From Lophium mytilinum (taxonomy: Eukaryota), in contig MU004187.1 of NCBI GenBank assembly GCA_010093605.1, positions 1,620,018 through 1,656,255 of the forward strand: a DNA stretch of 36,238 nt, written 5' to 3'. Under the pieces are notes generated by a model. The model worked only from the letters and a program-made list of their open reading frames with translations. It was not told where the DNA came from and searched no databases. Positions within the stretch are counted from its first letter, which is position 1. Every line of letters begins with the position of its first letter. Shown piece by piece: positions 11,590 through 24,549 of this stretch. Made by a program: the position numbers and the translations under genes.

Positions 11590-14161
11590 ATAGCTAAAGA
11601 ATTAGGTTAATATACTAGTTACTAATAACGCCTCCCTAATAATTAAAATAATAAGGAGTTTAACCTAAATAAATAGTTATTAAGTATAGACTCTAGTTAA
11701 GTAGACTATAATAGTAATTTAGAGCTAGATAAGCTAGATAACTACTATAGCTACTAGCCTTCCTATAGTAGCTGCTAACGCTCTAGACCTACTTAGAGAA
11801 AGGCTATAATACTTTTAGTAAACCTACTATATAATATATCTATATAGAGTAAGGCGGTATCTAATTTTACTAAGAATTTTAAAAGCTACTTAAGTTAAAT
11901 AAATATTATAGCTAGCTTAGGTCTAGCTTCTAAGATATAGCGCTAGATAGAAGCTAACTTATTTATATTAATAGAGAACTCTAAAGCGTATCTATAGATA
12001 AAATATCTCTTATAACTAGGCTAAAATAACTATAATAAAAATAATGCCTACTTAAATACTTAGTCTAAAATATATATACTTTTTATAAATATATAGAGTT
12101 ATATATTTAAAAAGTCTTTTATATTAGCTAAGTAGAAGTAAGTATATTAGATATTAATCTAGTATAAAGTCTATAAGAAATATAAGATGCAGGGTAGTAT
12201 TATTAAAAGTAATAAGAAGTAGAAGTAGTTTAAATTAGCTTTATCCGCGAAGTTAGTTATATTAGTAGGCCTTAGCTCTCTAATAAAATCCCTAGATATT
12301 ACTACCTAAAATACCCTATTTAAGCTCTAGCTATTATACGCAGTTCTTACTATAATATACTAGCTACTATAGTAGAAAAGTACTAGACGCCTTTTTACTC
12401 TCTATCTTATAAGATCTAGTAGTAAAGGCCTAGAGCTAAAAAACTATAGCTTTATAAAGTTTCTAGAAGCTATTAATAGAACTTTTATAGACTTTAACCC
12501 TCTAGAGTATATTATTATAGTTAATAGAACCTAGAAGTTAATAGAGAATAACTTCTATCTAACTACGCTATTAGAGGAAATAAAGAGTATATTTAAAGAA
12601 ATAGTACTTAGTTTTATAATAAAGAGCCTTAATATTAGAAAGGTAATATCTAAACTTAAGACTAGATATATATTAATTATTATTAATTATTAAATATTAC
12701 TACTAACTAATATATAGCTAGGTCTATACTTTCTTAAGTTTCCGCCCCCTAGTATCTACCCGGTTAAGAAACGCCCCTACTATAGTAAGCCTAAGGCTAC
12801 TATAGCTAAGGGTCTATCTAAACCTACCGCCGCTAATACTCTAGATAAAATAATTATTAACTTAACTATAAGTCTAGACATATATATAGCTAATATAAAT
12901 AGAGTTAATTTTACTATAAAGTAGAATAAAGAAAAGAAGTAGAAATAGCTAGTAGATATAGTAAAAGAAGAGAAAGAAAAAAAGAAGAAAGAGCTAGTAG
13001 AAATAGTAAAAGTAGAGAGAGAAAAGAAAGAGAAAGAGAAGAAGAAGAAAGAGTTAGTAGAGAAAGAGCTAGCGGAGAAAGCGCTAGTAGAGAAAGCGCT
13101 AGCAGAAATAGTAAAAGTAGAAAAAGAAAAAAAGAAGAAAGAAATAAAGAAGAAAGAGATAAAGAAGAGAGAGCTAGTAAATATAGCAATAGTAGAGAAG
13201 GCTAAGAAGTAGATAGAATAAAAGAAGAGAGAGCTAGCTAAGACTATAACTAAAGAGAAAGTAAAGAGGTAGAAATAGCTAGAAGAGATAGTAGAGTAAA
13301 AGAAATAAAGAAAGTAGAAACTACTAGTAGAGAAGAAGGTATAGAAGCTATAAATAGAGAAGAAAGTATAACTAATCTAATAGATACTTAATATTATCTA
13401 GCTATATACTAAATTAATATATAATTCTATTTAGCCTAGTATTATCTATAATAAGGTTATATAGTAGCTTAGAGCGCTTAGACTTAAAACTACTTAGTAC
13501 TTAACTATTTAAAAATAACTTTATACGCTTATAGTTACTATAAAGAGCGGCTAAACTATCTCTAGTAATACTTAAGTTATAGAGGATATAGTAATTAGTA
13601 GTATTAATATTATAGCTATACTTAAATTTAATATATATAGTCTTAGTAAAACTAAACTCTCTATAGATATAAATAAGATAATTATAGCTAATATAGAGAA
13701 GGTAGATACTATTAATATTACTACTATAATAGCTTTAATATTAAGCTCTATAAAAAATATCTTAGTAGTAGCATTTAAAAAGGTACTATAGTTTTTTAGT
13801 TTACCTCTAATATATAGGAATTTTTCTAGTAATATAACCTTTAAGCTACTAGAAATAACTACTAACCTAAAGATATATATAGCTCTATACTAGGTAGCTA
13901 GAATATATAGTATTATCTAAGATCTTACTAGTAGGGCGCGTAGGCTAATTTTTATAGATCTCTCTAGAATAGGAAAAACTCTATAAATATTAATAGTATT
14001 TACTACTTATACTAGAGAGGCTAGTATTAATACTCTATATTCTAGTAGTATTAAAGGCTATATTATTTAGCTTACTAAGAAGAGTCTACTAAATTAGACC
14101 TATAAGGAGGTAAAATACTAGCTAAATATTAAATATAAAAATAAGAATTTTAAGGTCTCTA
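11590..14161 (+). pseudogene. SNF2-family ATPase/helicase pseudogene, segment 1 (long N-terminus, KE-rich coiled coil, Q-motif, Walker A)
   Basis: Coding-like frame from inferred ATG (ATA) at 11590; probable intron ~12666-12717; KE-rich coil 12920-13380; (P)(H)(Q)VA(G)I at ~13885; (G)LIF(A)DL(P)(G)(M)GKTL(Q) at 13942-13986, resembling the SNF2 GILADEMGLGKTLQ motif; motif Ia-like KKSLL(D)(Q) at ~14077. Start position uncertain. Confidence 0.8.
12920..13380 (+). repeat. Low-complexity purine-rich coding repeat (EKEKKKKELAE-like units)
   Basis: Repeated gagaaagaaaaaaagaagaaagagctag units in frame with the helicase motifs. Confidence 0.8.
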
Positions 14162-14352
14162 TATTATAGCTATATAATTGCGTATAATACGTAACTAGAG
14201 GTTATATAATAGAGGCTCTATAGAACGGGTAAATATTGCTCCGCCCCTTAGGTTATTATAATATCTAATCTAGGAACCTCTTTCTCTCTTATATTTATCT
14301 TTTATTAATATTAATACTATTTAATCTAACGTTTTAACCTTAAGCCCTAACA
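14162..14352 (+). repeat. 5' LTR of the complete Gypsy element
   Basis: tattatagc...ccctaaca; direct repeat of 22520-22710. Confidence 0.97.
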
Positions 14353-14353
14353 T

Positions 14354-14363
14354 AAGATAAATA
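14354..14363 (+). promoter_or_regulatory. Putative self-priming primer-binding site
   Basis: aagataaata, 1 nt after the 5' LTR, is the reverse complement of tatttatctt at 14292-14301 inside the LTR; no TGG tRNA-type PBS. Confidence 0.6.
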
Positions 14364-14469
14364 CCCTTCTAGCTTCCGGGAGCAACGGAAGTAACCCCTA
14401 GAAAATTTTCCGTAATAGAGTACGCTCTTATAATAAGCTATAGTATAGAATACTTATACCTCTATATAG

Positions 14470-14950
14470 TAACTATTAGTAGAGTTGCGGACCCCTAATA
14501 AAGACTATACTAATATAGTATACTATTAGTAGCGCCGCGGGCCCCTAATAAAGTAATCTAACTATTATATATAAAGTTAGATAATAGACCTTATAACTAT
14601 AGTAGTGCTTATAAGCCCCTATAATAGAGGGGTAGTAATAGCACTCTAGAAAGTCCTTACTAATTCTTATTAATTACTTTAATAGCTCTATAACTTCTTT
14701 TTCTATTTACTATTACTATATAGAGACTAACGCCCGGAAAGCTTAGTATAGATAATAGCGTATGCGCGCGCCTAGTATTACTAATTAATTACTATTACTA
14801 TATAGAGACTAACGCCCGGAAAGCTTAGTATTAATAATAGCTAACCTACGCGTATACTTAGTATTATAGAATAAATATCTATAGACTACCTATTTTCTAT
14901 ATACTACCTATTTTCTATATACTATCTATTTTCTATATACTACCCGTTTT
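14470..14950. repeat. Cluster of direct repeats in the Gypsy 5' leader
   Basis: actattagtag...cccctaataaag twice (~14472, ~14522); ~41-bp actattactatatagagactaacgcccggaaagcttagtat twice (~14709, ~14791); 18-bp ctacctattttctatata tandem x3-4 (14886-14950). Confidence 0.85.
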
Positions 14951-15153
14951 ATAAATAGACTACCTAATATTATTATTTACTATAATTCTCTAGGTAGTCC
15001 CGCTACTAAGCGTAACTAGCGCTTCTTTTAAACCTTCTAGGCGCCGGCGTATATAGTAAATAATCTAAATTTAATAGGCCCTTATATATAAATTTAATAC
15101 CTTATCCCTTTAAGTTTTCTTTCTTCTATACTAACTTTTTTCTACCTCCTTAT

Positions 15154-17787
15154 ATAGCTAACCCTAATTACTATACTTTTAACCGCGCTAAAGCTCTATA
15201 GTTTAGTAACTCTGTCTCTAGTAGACGCTCTACTACTAGACGCCTATTTAGTAACGCTAATAGTATTTCTATTAACCCCCGCCGTATTATATTATATTAA
15301 GAGGGCGCCCTAAACTTATAGCACCTTCTTATAGAAGATAATAATAATAATATAATATAGATTAATTATAGATTATAGCCTTCTTTTATTTAGCTAGTAA
15401 ACCTGCCCTTCTAAGGCGCAACTTAGTCTTAGTTATAGATACTAGCTGCCACTTCTTAACTAGCTCTATCTATTAGACTAGTCCCTCTAGTAATACCTAT
15501 AAAACTATAATATTATTAGACTAAGTTTAGTACTATAGGCAAGCCTCTACTAATTACTCTAGCTCCTCTAACTATAGAGGAAACTATACTTCCGCTTTTC
15601 CGCGTTAGTAGCTATATACTAGGTAACTTTAATTTACCTAACGTTAATAATATAATTACCGCTCTTAATAATATAGCTGCCGCCTATAATAAGAACTTCT
15701 TATCTAACTTTAACTCCGCTAATAAATATAACTATTAAGAGGAAGAACGTTAGTTTAGTAATAATATAGATAATAAAGTTAATAAGCTTTAGATAGTATA
15801 TTAAGACATTACTATTAATACTTCTAATACTATAGTATACTATAATACTATCCCTAAAACTAAATAGTCCCGCAATACTAAATATCTAAGAATACTACCT
15901 ATTTATAGTATTTTCTCCCCTAATATATCTCTATTATAATACTAATCTACCCGCGTTAAATCTATTACTAGACTTAATACTTCTAACCTAGCCTAGTAAG
16001 CAGCGGGCATAGAATAGAGTAATAGGTACCGCACTATAATACACGCAGAGAATTATTAGCAGTTGCGTTTTATAATTATATAGCGCGTAAATAGCTCTAT
16101 CTTTAAGATGCGCTATAGAGACGGCGTTTACTAGTAATATAAACTATAAGTTCTATAGAACCTTATTAAAGACGTCTAACTTATACTAGAATAGTAGTAG
16201 AACCGCGTTATACTAGCTTACTAAGATAGTAATAACTATAAGTATAAAATAAATATTACAGTATAGAAATAAGACACTGCTAATATAACTATTAAGAAAC
16301 TAAATAAAAAGTATTTACTTACTAATAGTAAACTTAATAAGCTCTAGATGCAAGTCTATACCCTTAACTATAAGCTTAAGGCTAAATAAATAGAGTTAGC
16401 CCGCATACGTCGCCTATATAATAAGAAGCACGCTAACTTCTAAGCCTAAACCCGTAAGCTTAATAACCTTAAAGCTAGATATTAATAGGCCTTAATATAA
16501 ATTACCTAGCTTAAAGCTTAAGTCTAGTAGAATATATAAATAGAATAACCTAATAATCTATATATAGATAAATATACTACTAATTATAACTCTACTAATA
16601 ATACCTCTCTACCGCTACTAGTAGGACTATATACTCTTAACCTAGATAAGTTCTAGTATAACTGCGTTCTAGGATAATACTTTACTACTACTAGAGGTAG
16701 AGGTAGAGGTAGAGGTAGAGATAATCTAAACCTAAGCTAACCGGGCAGTTTTACTTAGCTATAGGCCTACGGACCCGTCTATCCTTAATTTAGATAAGGC
16801 CCTTAACCTAAGTATACCTACTTATAGAACTTTAAATTAGGAGCTTTAGTATATATAGCCTAGAAGAACTATCTAATCTACTTAGTCTAAGTAGACTAGT
16901 AGACCTATTCTATAGCTATAACTTAAATCTAACTTACTATTAGCTACTATAAGGGGCGTGCATATAAGGTTATAAAAGACTATAGTCTTCTTATATCTAC
17001 TAACCTATATTAATCTCTTAAGGAACTTATCTAAGATCTAGACGCTATATTCTAGAAGAGTAATACTATCTATTATAACTACCTTCTTAACTAGCTTAAT
17101 AGTAAGGGTATAAAATAGTAATATAATAAAAAAACGTTAGACTTTTTATAACGCCTTAATATTATTCTTAACAGGCTAAAGTACGGTAAAATTAATAACG
17201 GCCTTATAACTTAATACTATTACCTTAAGAAAATACTATGCACTAATCTTGCTAAATATATTAACTTTAGTTTATTAACCTAGCACTAGATAAAAGATAA
17301 TATTCTATATAAGGACTATTATTATATTTAACGCGAAAAATAAGCCTATAAAGAGCTCCTTACTATATAGATCTTAGTACGCTAATTAAATAATATATAT
17401 ATATAGAATAGCTATTATAATATAAACTATATTTAATATAAGTAGTTTATTACTAAGACTAATAACTATATTATAGTTAAGAAGACTACTATAGTTCTAT
17501 TACTAAGCGTCCTACTATATATTTATCTACACCTTAGTAAGAAAGAACGCTGCTTTAGCTGCTTTAAGAAGAACTACTATGCTGGCGACCCTAAATGCGC
17601 TATAGCTAGAAAGACTATAATAGAGGCTTAGCGTAATAAGCGCCTTGCCGCCGCTAGCATTAATAGTCTAGAACTTAACGCCTTTAACTATAGTAGTAAC
17701 TAAGAGTATTAGTATAAGTATAAATATAAGGATAAATAGAAATAAGATAATAAAGAAGTTTATTCTAATAGTTTAGAAAATACTTAA
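15154..17787 (+). pseudogene. gag of the complete Gypsy element
   Basis: One coding-like frame from inferred ATG to TAA 17785-17787; RG/GG repeat ~16693-16720; zinc knuckle CF(G)CF(E)KN(H)(H)AGDPKC at 17551-17598; acidic tail. Start inferred. Confidence 0.75.
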
Positions 17788-20700
17788 TCTCTAATAAAAG
17801 TTATTATTAGAGATAGTTAGAAGACACGCTAGCTTAAGCTCTTGCATATATCTAAGAGCTTAAGCTACCCCCTCTAGAACCCCCTAATATTAAACTTTTA
17901 GCTTACGCGGTTAGACTTACCCTATTATCTAGTAAATAGATAGACTTTAACTATAGAATTAAGACTTTAACTAGAATAGTTAAATCTATAGTTTTTATAG
18001 ACTCTAGATATAGTAGATTTATATTTATTTCTATAAGCTTTATAAAATACTATAAGCTTAATATCTATAAGGCTACTCCGCGTAATATTAAACTGCTAAA
18101 TAGTTCTACCTTAGTTATTAATAAAGTAGTAAAAGTTACTATATAGATTAAAGAATACTATAATAAATTCTAGGTACTTATCTATAATCTTAAAGGCTAT
18201 AATATTATTCTTAGTATAGGCTAGCTTATAATATATAATGCCTATATAAAATTTAGTACCTAGATAATATAACTAGACTTAAACTACTACTATTCTTAGT
18301 GCCTAGTTAATTATAAACTAGTCTATATCTAGTCTAAAGACTCTATTGCCCGCACTAGTAAACGCCTATTTTAGTAGAAGCTTAATACCTAACTTACTAC
18401 TTTTAAAGCGCTTAATATTAACGCAGTATCTAGTAATAAGTATTTATATAACACCTAGTAATTACTAGAGAAAGATACTATCTATATATAGCCTAAATAC
18501 TTTAAGTTAGCGCTCGCTAATAAGAAAGCTAAAGTATAGGCGCGCGCTAAAGGGCGCCCGTATAAATTAGGTAATGTTGTCTTAGATCTAGCTAATTTTA
18601 CTAATAACCTAGCGGCTATTAGTCTTTATATAATATTAAAAGACAACTAATAAAAATTCTTTAAGAAGATAGAGCGTAAACTAATAACCTGTAATAAACT
18701 TAAAGTATTAGTATCTATAGAATATTACGGCTTTCTTAATATATAGAACCTAAAGAAAGCTAATAAGCTACTACTACGCTGTAAAGCTAAAGACGGCACG
18801 GATATTAATTACTATATTAATATTAAACTAGGAACTAAGGCCCTAGCTTATAAAGTCTATAGTTTTTTATAAGATAAGATACTAGTTATTAAAACGTTTA
18901 TTAATAAGATATATAGAAAAGAATATATTTATAAAAGTAATAGTTAGTATACCGCTCTAGTAATTATTATTTATAAACCTAGAGGAGGCTTACGTATCTA
19001 TATTAACTACTATAGACTTAATGCAGTTACTATTAAGGCCTGTAATATACCTCTAGCTATAAAGAATACTCTTATACTTCTAAAATACGCTTAATACTAT
19101 ATAAAATTTAATATTATTGCCGCTTTTAATACTATTAGAATGCGGAAGGGTAATAAAAAGTATACGGCGTTTCTTATAAGGTATAGTTTATTTAAATTTA
19201 CTATCTTACCCTTTAGCCTATATAATGCCCTAGCAACCTTTTAGGCCTTTATTAATAATATACTCTTAGAGTACCTTAATAACTTCTATATAGCCTATCT
19301 TAATAATATTCTTATCTTTAGTAAAATATTAGAAGATTATATAGGCTATATTAAGAAGGTTCTCTAATAACTCTGCAAGGCCGGTCTCTTTCTTAATATT
19401 ACTAAGTATAAATTCTATAAATAAGAAGTTAAATACTTAGGGGTTATTATTAGCGTTAATAGCCTTAAAATGGACCCAGCTAAAGTTAAGATAGTTATTA
19501 ACTAGCCCTAGCTATAAAACCTACGCGATATATAAGCCTTTCTAGGCTTCTATAACTTCTATAGGCGGTTTATTATTACCTATTCTAATATTACAGGACC
19601 CCTTACTAGACTTACTAGGGTAGAGGTCTATAAGTAGTTCGCGTTTCTATAGTAAAAAGGCAGTTTAGAAGACTTCTCCTTTAAGTAAATAAAGTAGGCG
19701 TTTATTAACGCCCTCTAGATAGCTTACTTTAATCTAGATCTAGAAATATAGGTAGAATATAACGCATCTAATACTATTATAGTAGCTATACTATCTTAAA
19801 TATAGGCTAATAGCGTTTTATATTCTATTACGTTTATATCCTATTAGATAAGCGCAGCCTAACTTAACTACTAGATTTATAATAAAGAACTTCTAGTAAT
19901 TATCTACGCCTTTAAGAAATAGTATATAGAACTTACTAGCTATAGATATAGTAATTTAATTAAAGTTCTTTTAGATTACTATACCCTATAATACTTTATA
20001 GAAACTAAGCAGCTTAACTAATAATAGGCTAGATAGGCCGAGTTTCTTTTTAAATTTAACTTTTAAATTACTTACTAACTAGGCAAGGATAATAGTAAGG
20101 CTAATCTACTAACTAGACGCCTAGGTAATATACTAGATTAAGATAATAAACGCTATAAAATCTAATAATAAATAATTTTAAAGGACTATAACCTAGAACT
20201 AGAAATATATTACGCTATTAAACTAGTATATATTATAACTAACAGCGTTACCTATAATATAGTCTCTCTTGCAGTAATAATATATAACTTTAGTAAAGTA
20301 GAACTTAATTAGGGGGAGTCTTAGAATAACCTTAATTAAGAACTATAGAAGCTACTAACGCAGGGGGAGTTATAGAGTAACCCTATTAATAGTACTATAG
20401 AGTAAGACATTATAGATTATATACGGGAAGCTCTTATTAATAATATTATTAGTAACGCTATTAAAGACGCTATTAGAGCTAAGCTACGCCGCCTACTAAT
20501 AGATATTATTAAGAACTACAGCATTAAGCTTAAACTCTATAATTATATAATTTATAATAGTCTTATCTTTATTTAGAAGGACCGCCTATATATTTCTACT
20601 AAGGAGAAACTCTATTTAGCTATTATTAAGAGCCTCTATAAGCCCCCTCTAGTTAGTTATAGTAGAATAATATCTATATATAATTGCGTCTCTATATACT

Positions 20701-22082
20701 ACTTCTAGCCGCGTATAATATCTAATATTAATTATTATATTAAAGCCTGTTAGCTATGCAATTAGATTAAGCATACTTATAAAGCTAAATAAGGCTTCCT
20801 TAAACCGCTTCTAATTTCTAAATAATATTAGACTAATCTTATAGTTAATTTTATTAGACCCCTACTAATCTATATATAATTTAGATAAGACTACTAATAT
20901 ATTATAGTAGTTATTAATAGGCTCTCTAAGATGCATAAGTTTATTCTAATAGTAATAATAGATACTAAGAAAGTAGCCTAAGCCTTTCTTAAATAGATAT
21001 AGCGCACTAAAGGATACCTATAGTCTATTATTTCTAACTAAGGATTATAATTTATCTTAACTTTCTAGTCTTACCTATATAAATACATTAGAATAAAACT
21101 AAAACTCTCTACTACTTTCTATCTAGAGATAGATAGTTAAATAGAAATTACTAATATAGGCCTAAAGTAGTATCTTTAAGTATATATTAACTACTAGTAA
21201 GATAACTAGGTTAACTTTCTTATAGTTGCTAAATTTAAGGCTAACTTATTAAAGAACGCCTCTACTAGAGTAGCGCTCTTTATAGCTACTAAGGGCTACA
21301 TTTCTAGTATAGGCACCGCGCTAGCCGCGTAATTACCTAAGGATATAAACGTAAACGCGAACGTAAACATACTAATAGTTTATTTTATAAAACTTATAGA
21401 TAAATTTATTAATAGGATAGATAAGTTGCGCGCGTTTCTCTACACGGAAATTAAATAGGCCTAAGCTAAGTAAAAGAAATACACTAATATAGAAAGACGC
21501 CTAGCTTATATATATTATTTAGGTAATTAAGTTATACTTAATAGATAATTTATTAAAATAAACCGCCTAAATAAGAAACTTAACTTTAAAAAGCTAGGTC
21601 CCTTTAAAATTCTAGAAAGCTATAAAAACGGTAGTATATATAAACTTAAGCTACCTAAAGGTATAGAAAATCTATACTCTATTTTCTATCCTTAGCTACT
21701 CTATCTAGCTAACGCGGCCCCTATAAAAGAATAGCGTAATTTTAAGCCTCTACTAATATAGACAACGCTAATATATTAGAAAGGTAATACTAAAGAGGTT
21801 ATTAACTACTATCTTAATAGAAGACAACTTAACCCTACTATAGATAAAAGGGGTATACTCTAGTATAAGATTAAGTTTATTAGATAGAATAATAAACCCT
21901 AATAGAATAACTATAATTACGCTAATAGTTATCTATATCTTATAGCAGACTTCTACTATTACTACTCTAAGAAGCTAGGGCCTTACCTGTTATTTAAACC
22001 ACTATTAAACTAGAAACTAACCTTAGCTACTATTTTTACCGCTATAGACCTCTATATAACTAATACTATAAAAGCTACGTAA
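17775..22082 (+). pseudogene. pol (PR-RT-RNaseH-IN-chromodomain) of the complete Gypsy element, -1 frame relative to gag
   Basis: DS(G) at 18000, YL(D)(D)ILIFS at 19296, VE(C)(D)AS(D) at ~19752, integrase V(D)FI(G)PL ~20844, GPFKI ~21597, chromodomain-like L(Q)YKIKFI(G)(W) ~21858. Confidence 0.92.
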
Positions 22083-22505
22083 CTTAATTACTAGACCGGC
22101 GGTTAAATTAATTTATTAAGGAGGCCTAACTGCAAACGTGCGTAATAATTAAATGTAATATAATAGCGTAGATTATTATAAGCACCTAGTAGTAGGCTAG
22201 CAGCTATAAAGGCTATACGGCTTCTTATAGCCCTATTATAGCCGGCCCTAGTCTAGATAAATAAGGCTACTTATAGTAATACTACGTATAGTAATACTAT
22301 ATATAGCTATACTACTATACTAAAATAGTAAGGCTATATAAAAATAGAAAGGATAAGTAATCCTCTATAAATTAATTTATTTCCTTTATTTACTTACAAC
22401 TATAATACAATTAGGCACTTTATTTAATAGATATTTAAGTAGTTATAGATACTCTAGTATAGAAGGGACTCTCTTTTATAAAAGCTTTAATTAGGGGGCT
22501 TCTTT

Positions 22506-22517
22506 AGAGGGGGGAGA
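22506..22517 (+). promoter_or_regulatory. Polypurine tract
   Basis: agaggggggaga, 2 nt upstream of the 3' LTR. Confidence 0.9.
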
Positions 22518-22519
22518 TG

Positions 22520-22710
22520 TATTATAGCTATATAATTACGCATAATATATAACTAGAGGTTATATAATAGAGGCTCTGCGGAACGGATAAATATTACTCC
22601 GCCCCTTAGGTTATTATAACGCCTAACCTAGAAACCTCTTTCTCTCTTATATTTATCTTTTATTAATATTAATACTATTTAATCTAACATTCTAACCTTA
22701 AGCCCTAATA
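22520..22710 (+). repeat. 3' LTR of the complete Gypsy element
   Basis: Direct repeat of 14162-14352 with no indels; preceded by a PPT. Confidence 0.97.
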
Positions 22711-22715
22711 CTCTA

Positions 22716-24106
22716 GTAGAAGACTTTATATCCGGCGTATATATAAAAGTATTATAGAGGGTAACCTTACTTTTAAAGACTAGAAGAACCTTAGGCCTAT
22801 CTACTAAGAAATAAATAGTTAGGTATAGTATAAGCTAAATCTAAAAGTAAAAACCTATCTTATTATTATAAGCGCGGAGACCTTTAATAAAAAATATAAT
22901 AAGAATTTAAACTTACTAGAGACCTTTATAATATTCTATAATCTATTATATAGTAATAAAGTAACCCCTATATATATATATAGGGCTGTTTTTTTTAATA
23001 AGTTCTATCTAGAATTTAATAATATATCTCTATATATTACAGCTTTTAGCTATATTAAGTCTATATAGTATTAGTATATATTCCGCCTAACTATATATAA
23101 ATAGGCAAATATTAACTATGCGCTTAATTAGGTTTATTAGAGCTAGAACTTAAAAGGGTTTAATAAGGCTGCTAATTTATATAGCTACTCTAGAGGCTTA
23201 TTCTATAGTAGAACTTCTTTTCTCTATAGTCTTAAAACTTTATTATATCTAATAGTTATACTATATAGAGGTTTATAGACGCTAACTTAAATAGCGGATT
23301 TAACTAACTTAGACGCTAATATTAAAGATAACCTAGATAATACTTTTCTAGATAAGAAGTTAGAGAAAGAGAATATAGATAAAGGGGATAAGTTTAATAT
23401 TCTTTATTAAGACTCTACCCTCTAGCGTATTAATTAAGAAAACCTTATAGGGGCTAGAGGTTACTACTATACCTTAAAAATAGAGAAAGAGTAGTAACTA
23501 TAGAATAATTCTAAATTATCTAGGCGTTTCTAGAGAGTATTAAATATAATTATAGCTATAAGTATCTATAGAATGCTAATAAGCCTTAGCCTAAATAGTC
23601 TTTCTTTAGAGAATATACTACTCTATATTATATAGTAGATAATAGTTAGTATACCTAACTACTTTAAACCCTTTATTAAGAAGTACTATATAGTTATTAG
23701 AGAGAGATATATAGACCTTAAAGAAAAGTATAAAAAATAGCTAAGGTATAGAGTAGTAATTAATAAGCTACTACTTTTCTTTAGCCTAGGCGCCTTTCTA
23801 ATAGGCTTAAGTAAGAAAAGGCTACCCTAGATTTTTATATTAATTCCTAGGCTAGCTAAGTTAAAGATATAATAGAAAGAGCTTAGCTTAATAAGTAATC
23901 TAACCTTTACTCTAGAAGATATTAAAAATATAGGCTAGATAGATTATATAGACTTAGAGAGTACCCTTACTAAATAGTATACTAACCTACTAGCTAATTT
24001 AGGGAAGCTAAAGAAGATTAGAAGTATAGTTTAATATATTTAAGCTAAAAAGAAGAAGATACTAATTATTAGTAAGGAGCCTATAGTTAATTTAGTTATC
24101 TATATT
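22716..24106 (+). pseudogene. SNF2-family helicase pseudogene, segment 2 (Walker B to start of helicase C domain)
   Basis: In frame with segment 1 after removing the Gypsy element and one TSD. LIIISAETF at 22859; AVFF(D)(E)F(H) at 22985-23008; probable intron ending 23184 followed by AT(P); (S)GKLKKI...KKILII at ~23998-24070; RIPped GTAAGT donor at 24107. Confidence 0.85.
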
Positions 24107-24549
24107 ATAAGTTGCTACCTATCTCTATCTATAATTAGTAATTAAATATAATGTAATTAAATTTACAGCACCTTAGAAATATAATCTAAGAAGGGCCTCT
24201 AGAGGCTACTTAAGGCCCTATAAATATTTATATGTAGTATTAGAGCTCTATAAGCTATACTAGTAGTATTATAGTAGAATTATATATTACAACCCCTATT
24301 ATATAGTATTATTAATAATAATAATAATAATAATAATAGGCACGAGTATTTCTATACCCTTCTATTATATATTAATACCCCCTAATATTAGTAGATATAT
24401 ACTCTTTCTACCCCTATTATTTTACTACCTTCTAATTAGCTTAGATAGGTGCTCTAGAGCCTCTAATTTACTCGCTTAATTTCCTTACTAAATCTAAATG
24501 CTCTCTCTAAATCCAGCGGCGTATAAACCTTATTCTCTACCTCTATACT

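Larger units (their letters stand above)
14162..22710 (+). mobile_element. Complete Ty3/Gypsy chromovirus-type LTR retrotransposon (8549 bp), RIP-inactivated
   Basis: Two 191-bp LTRs, 5-bp TSD ctcta (14157-14161 and 22711-22715), PPT at 22506-22517, gag and pol motifs in Gypsy order. Confidence 0.97.

Noticed and set aside
12914..13189. 91-aa Leu/Ser/Phe-rich minus-strand ORF resembling a membrane protein
   Set aside because: Reverse-complement shadow of the KE-rich coding repeat on the plus strand.
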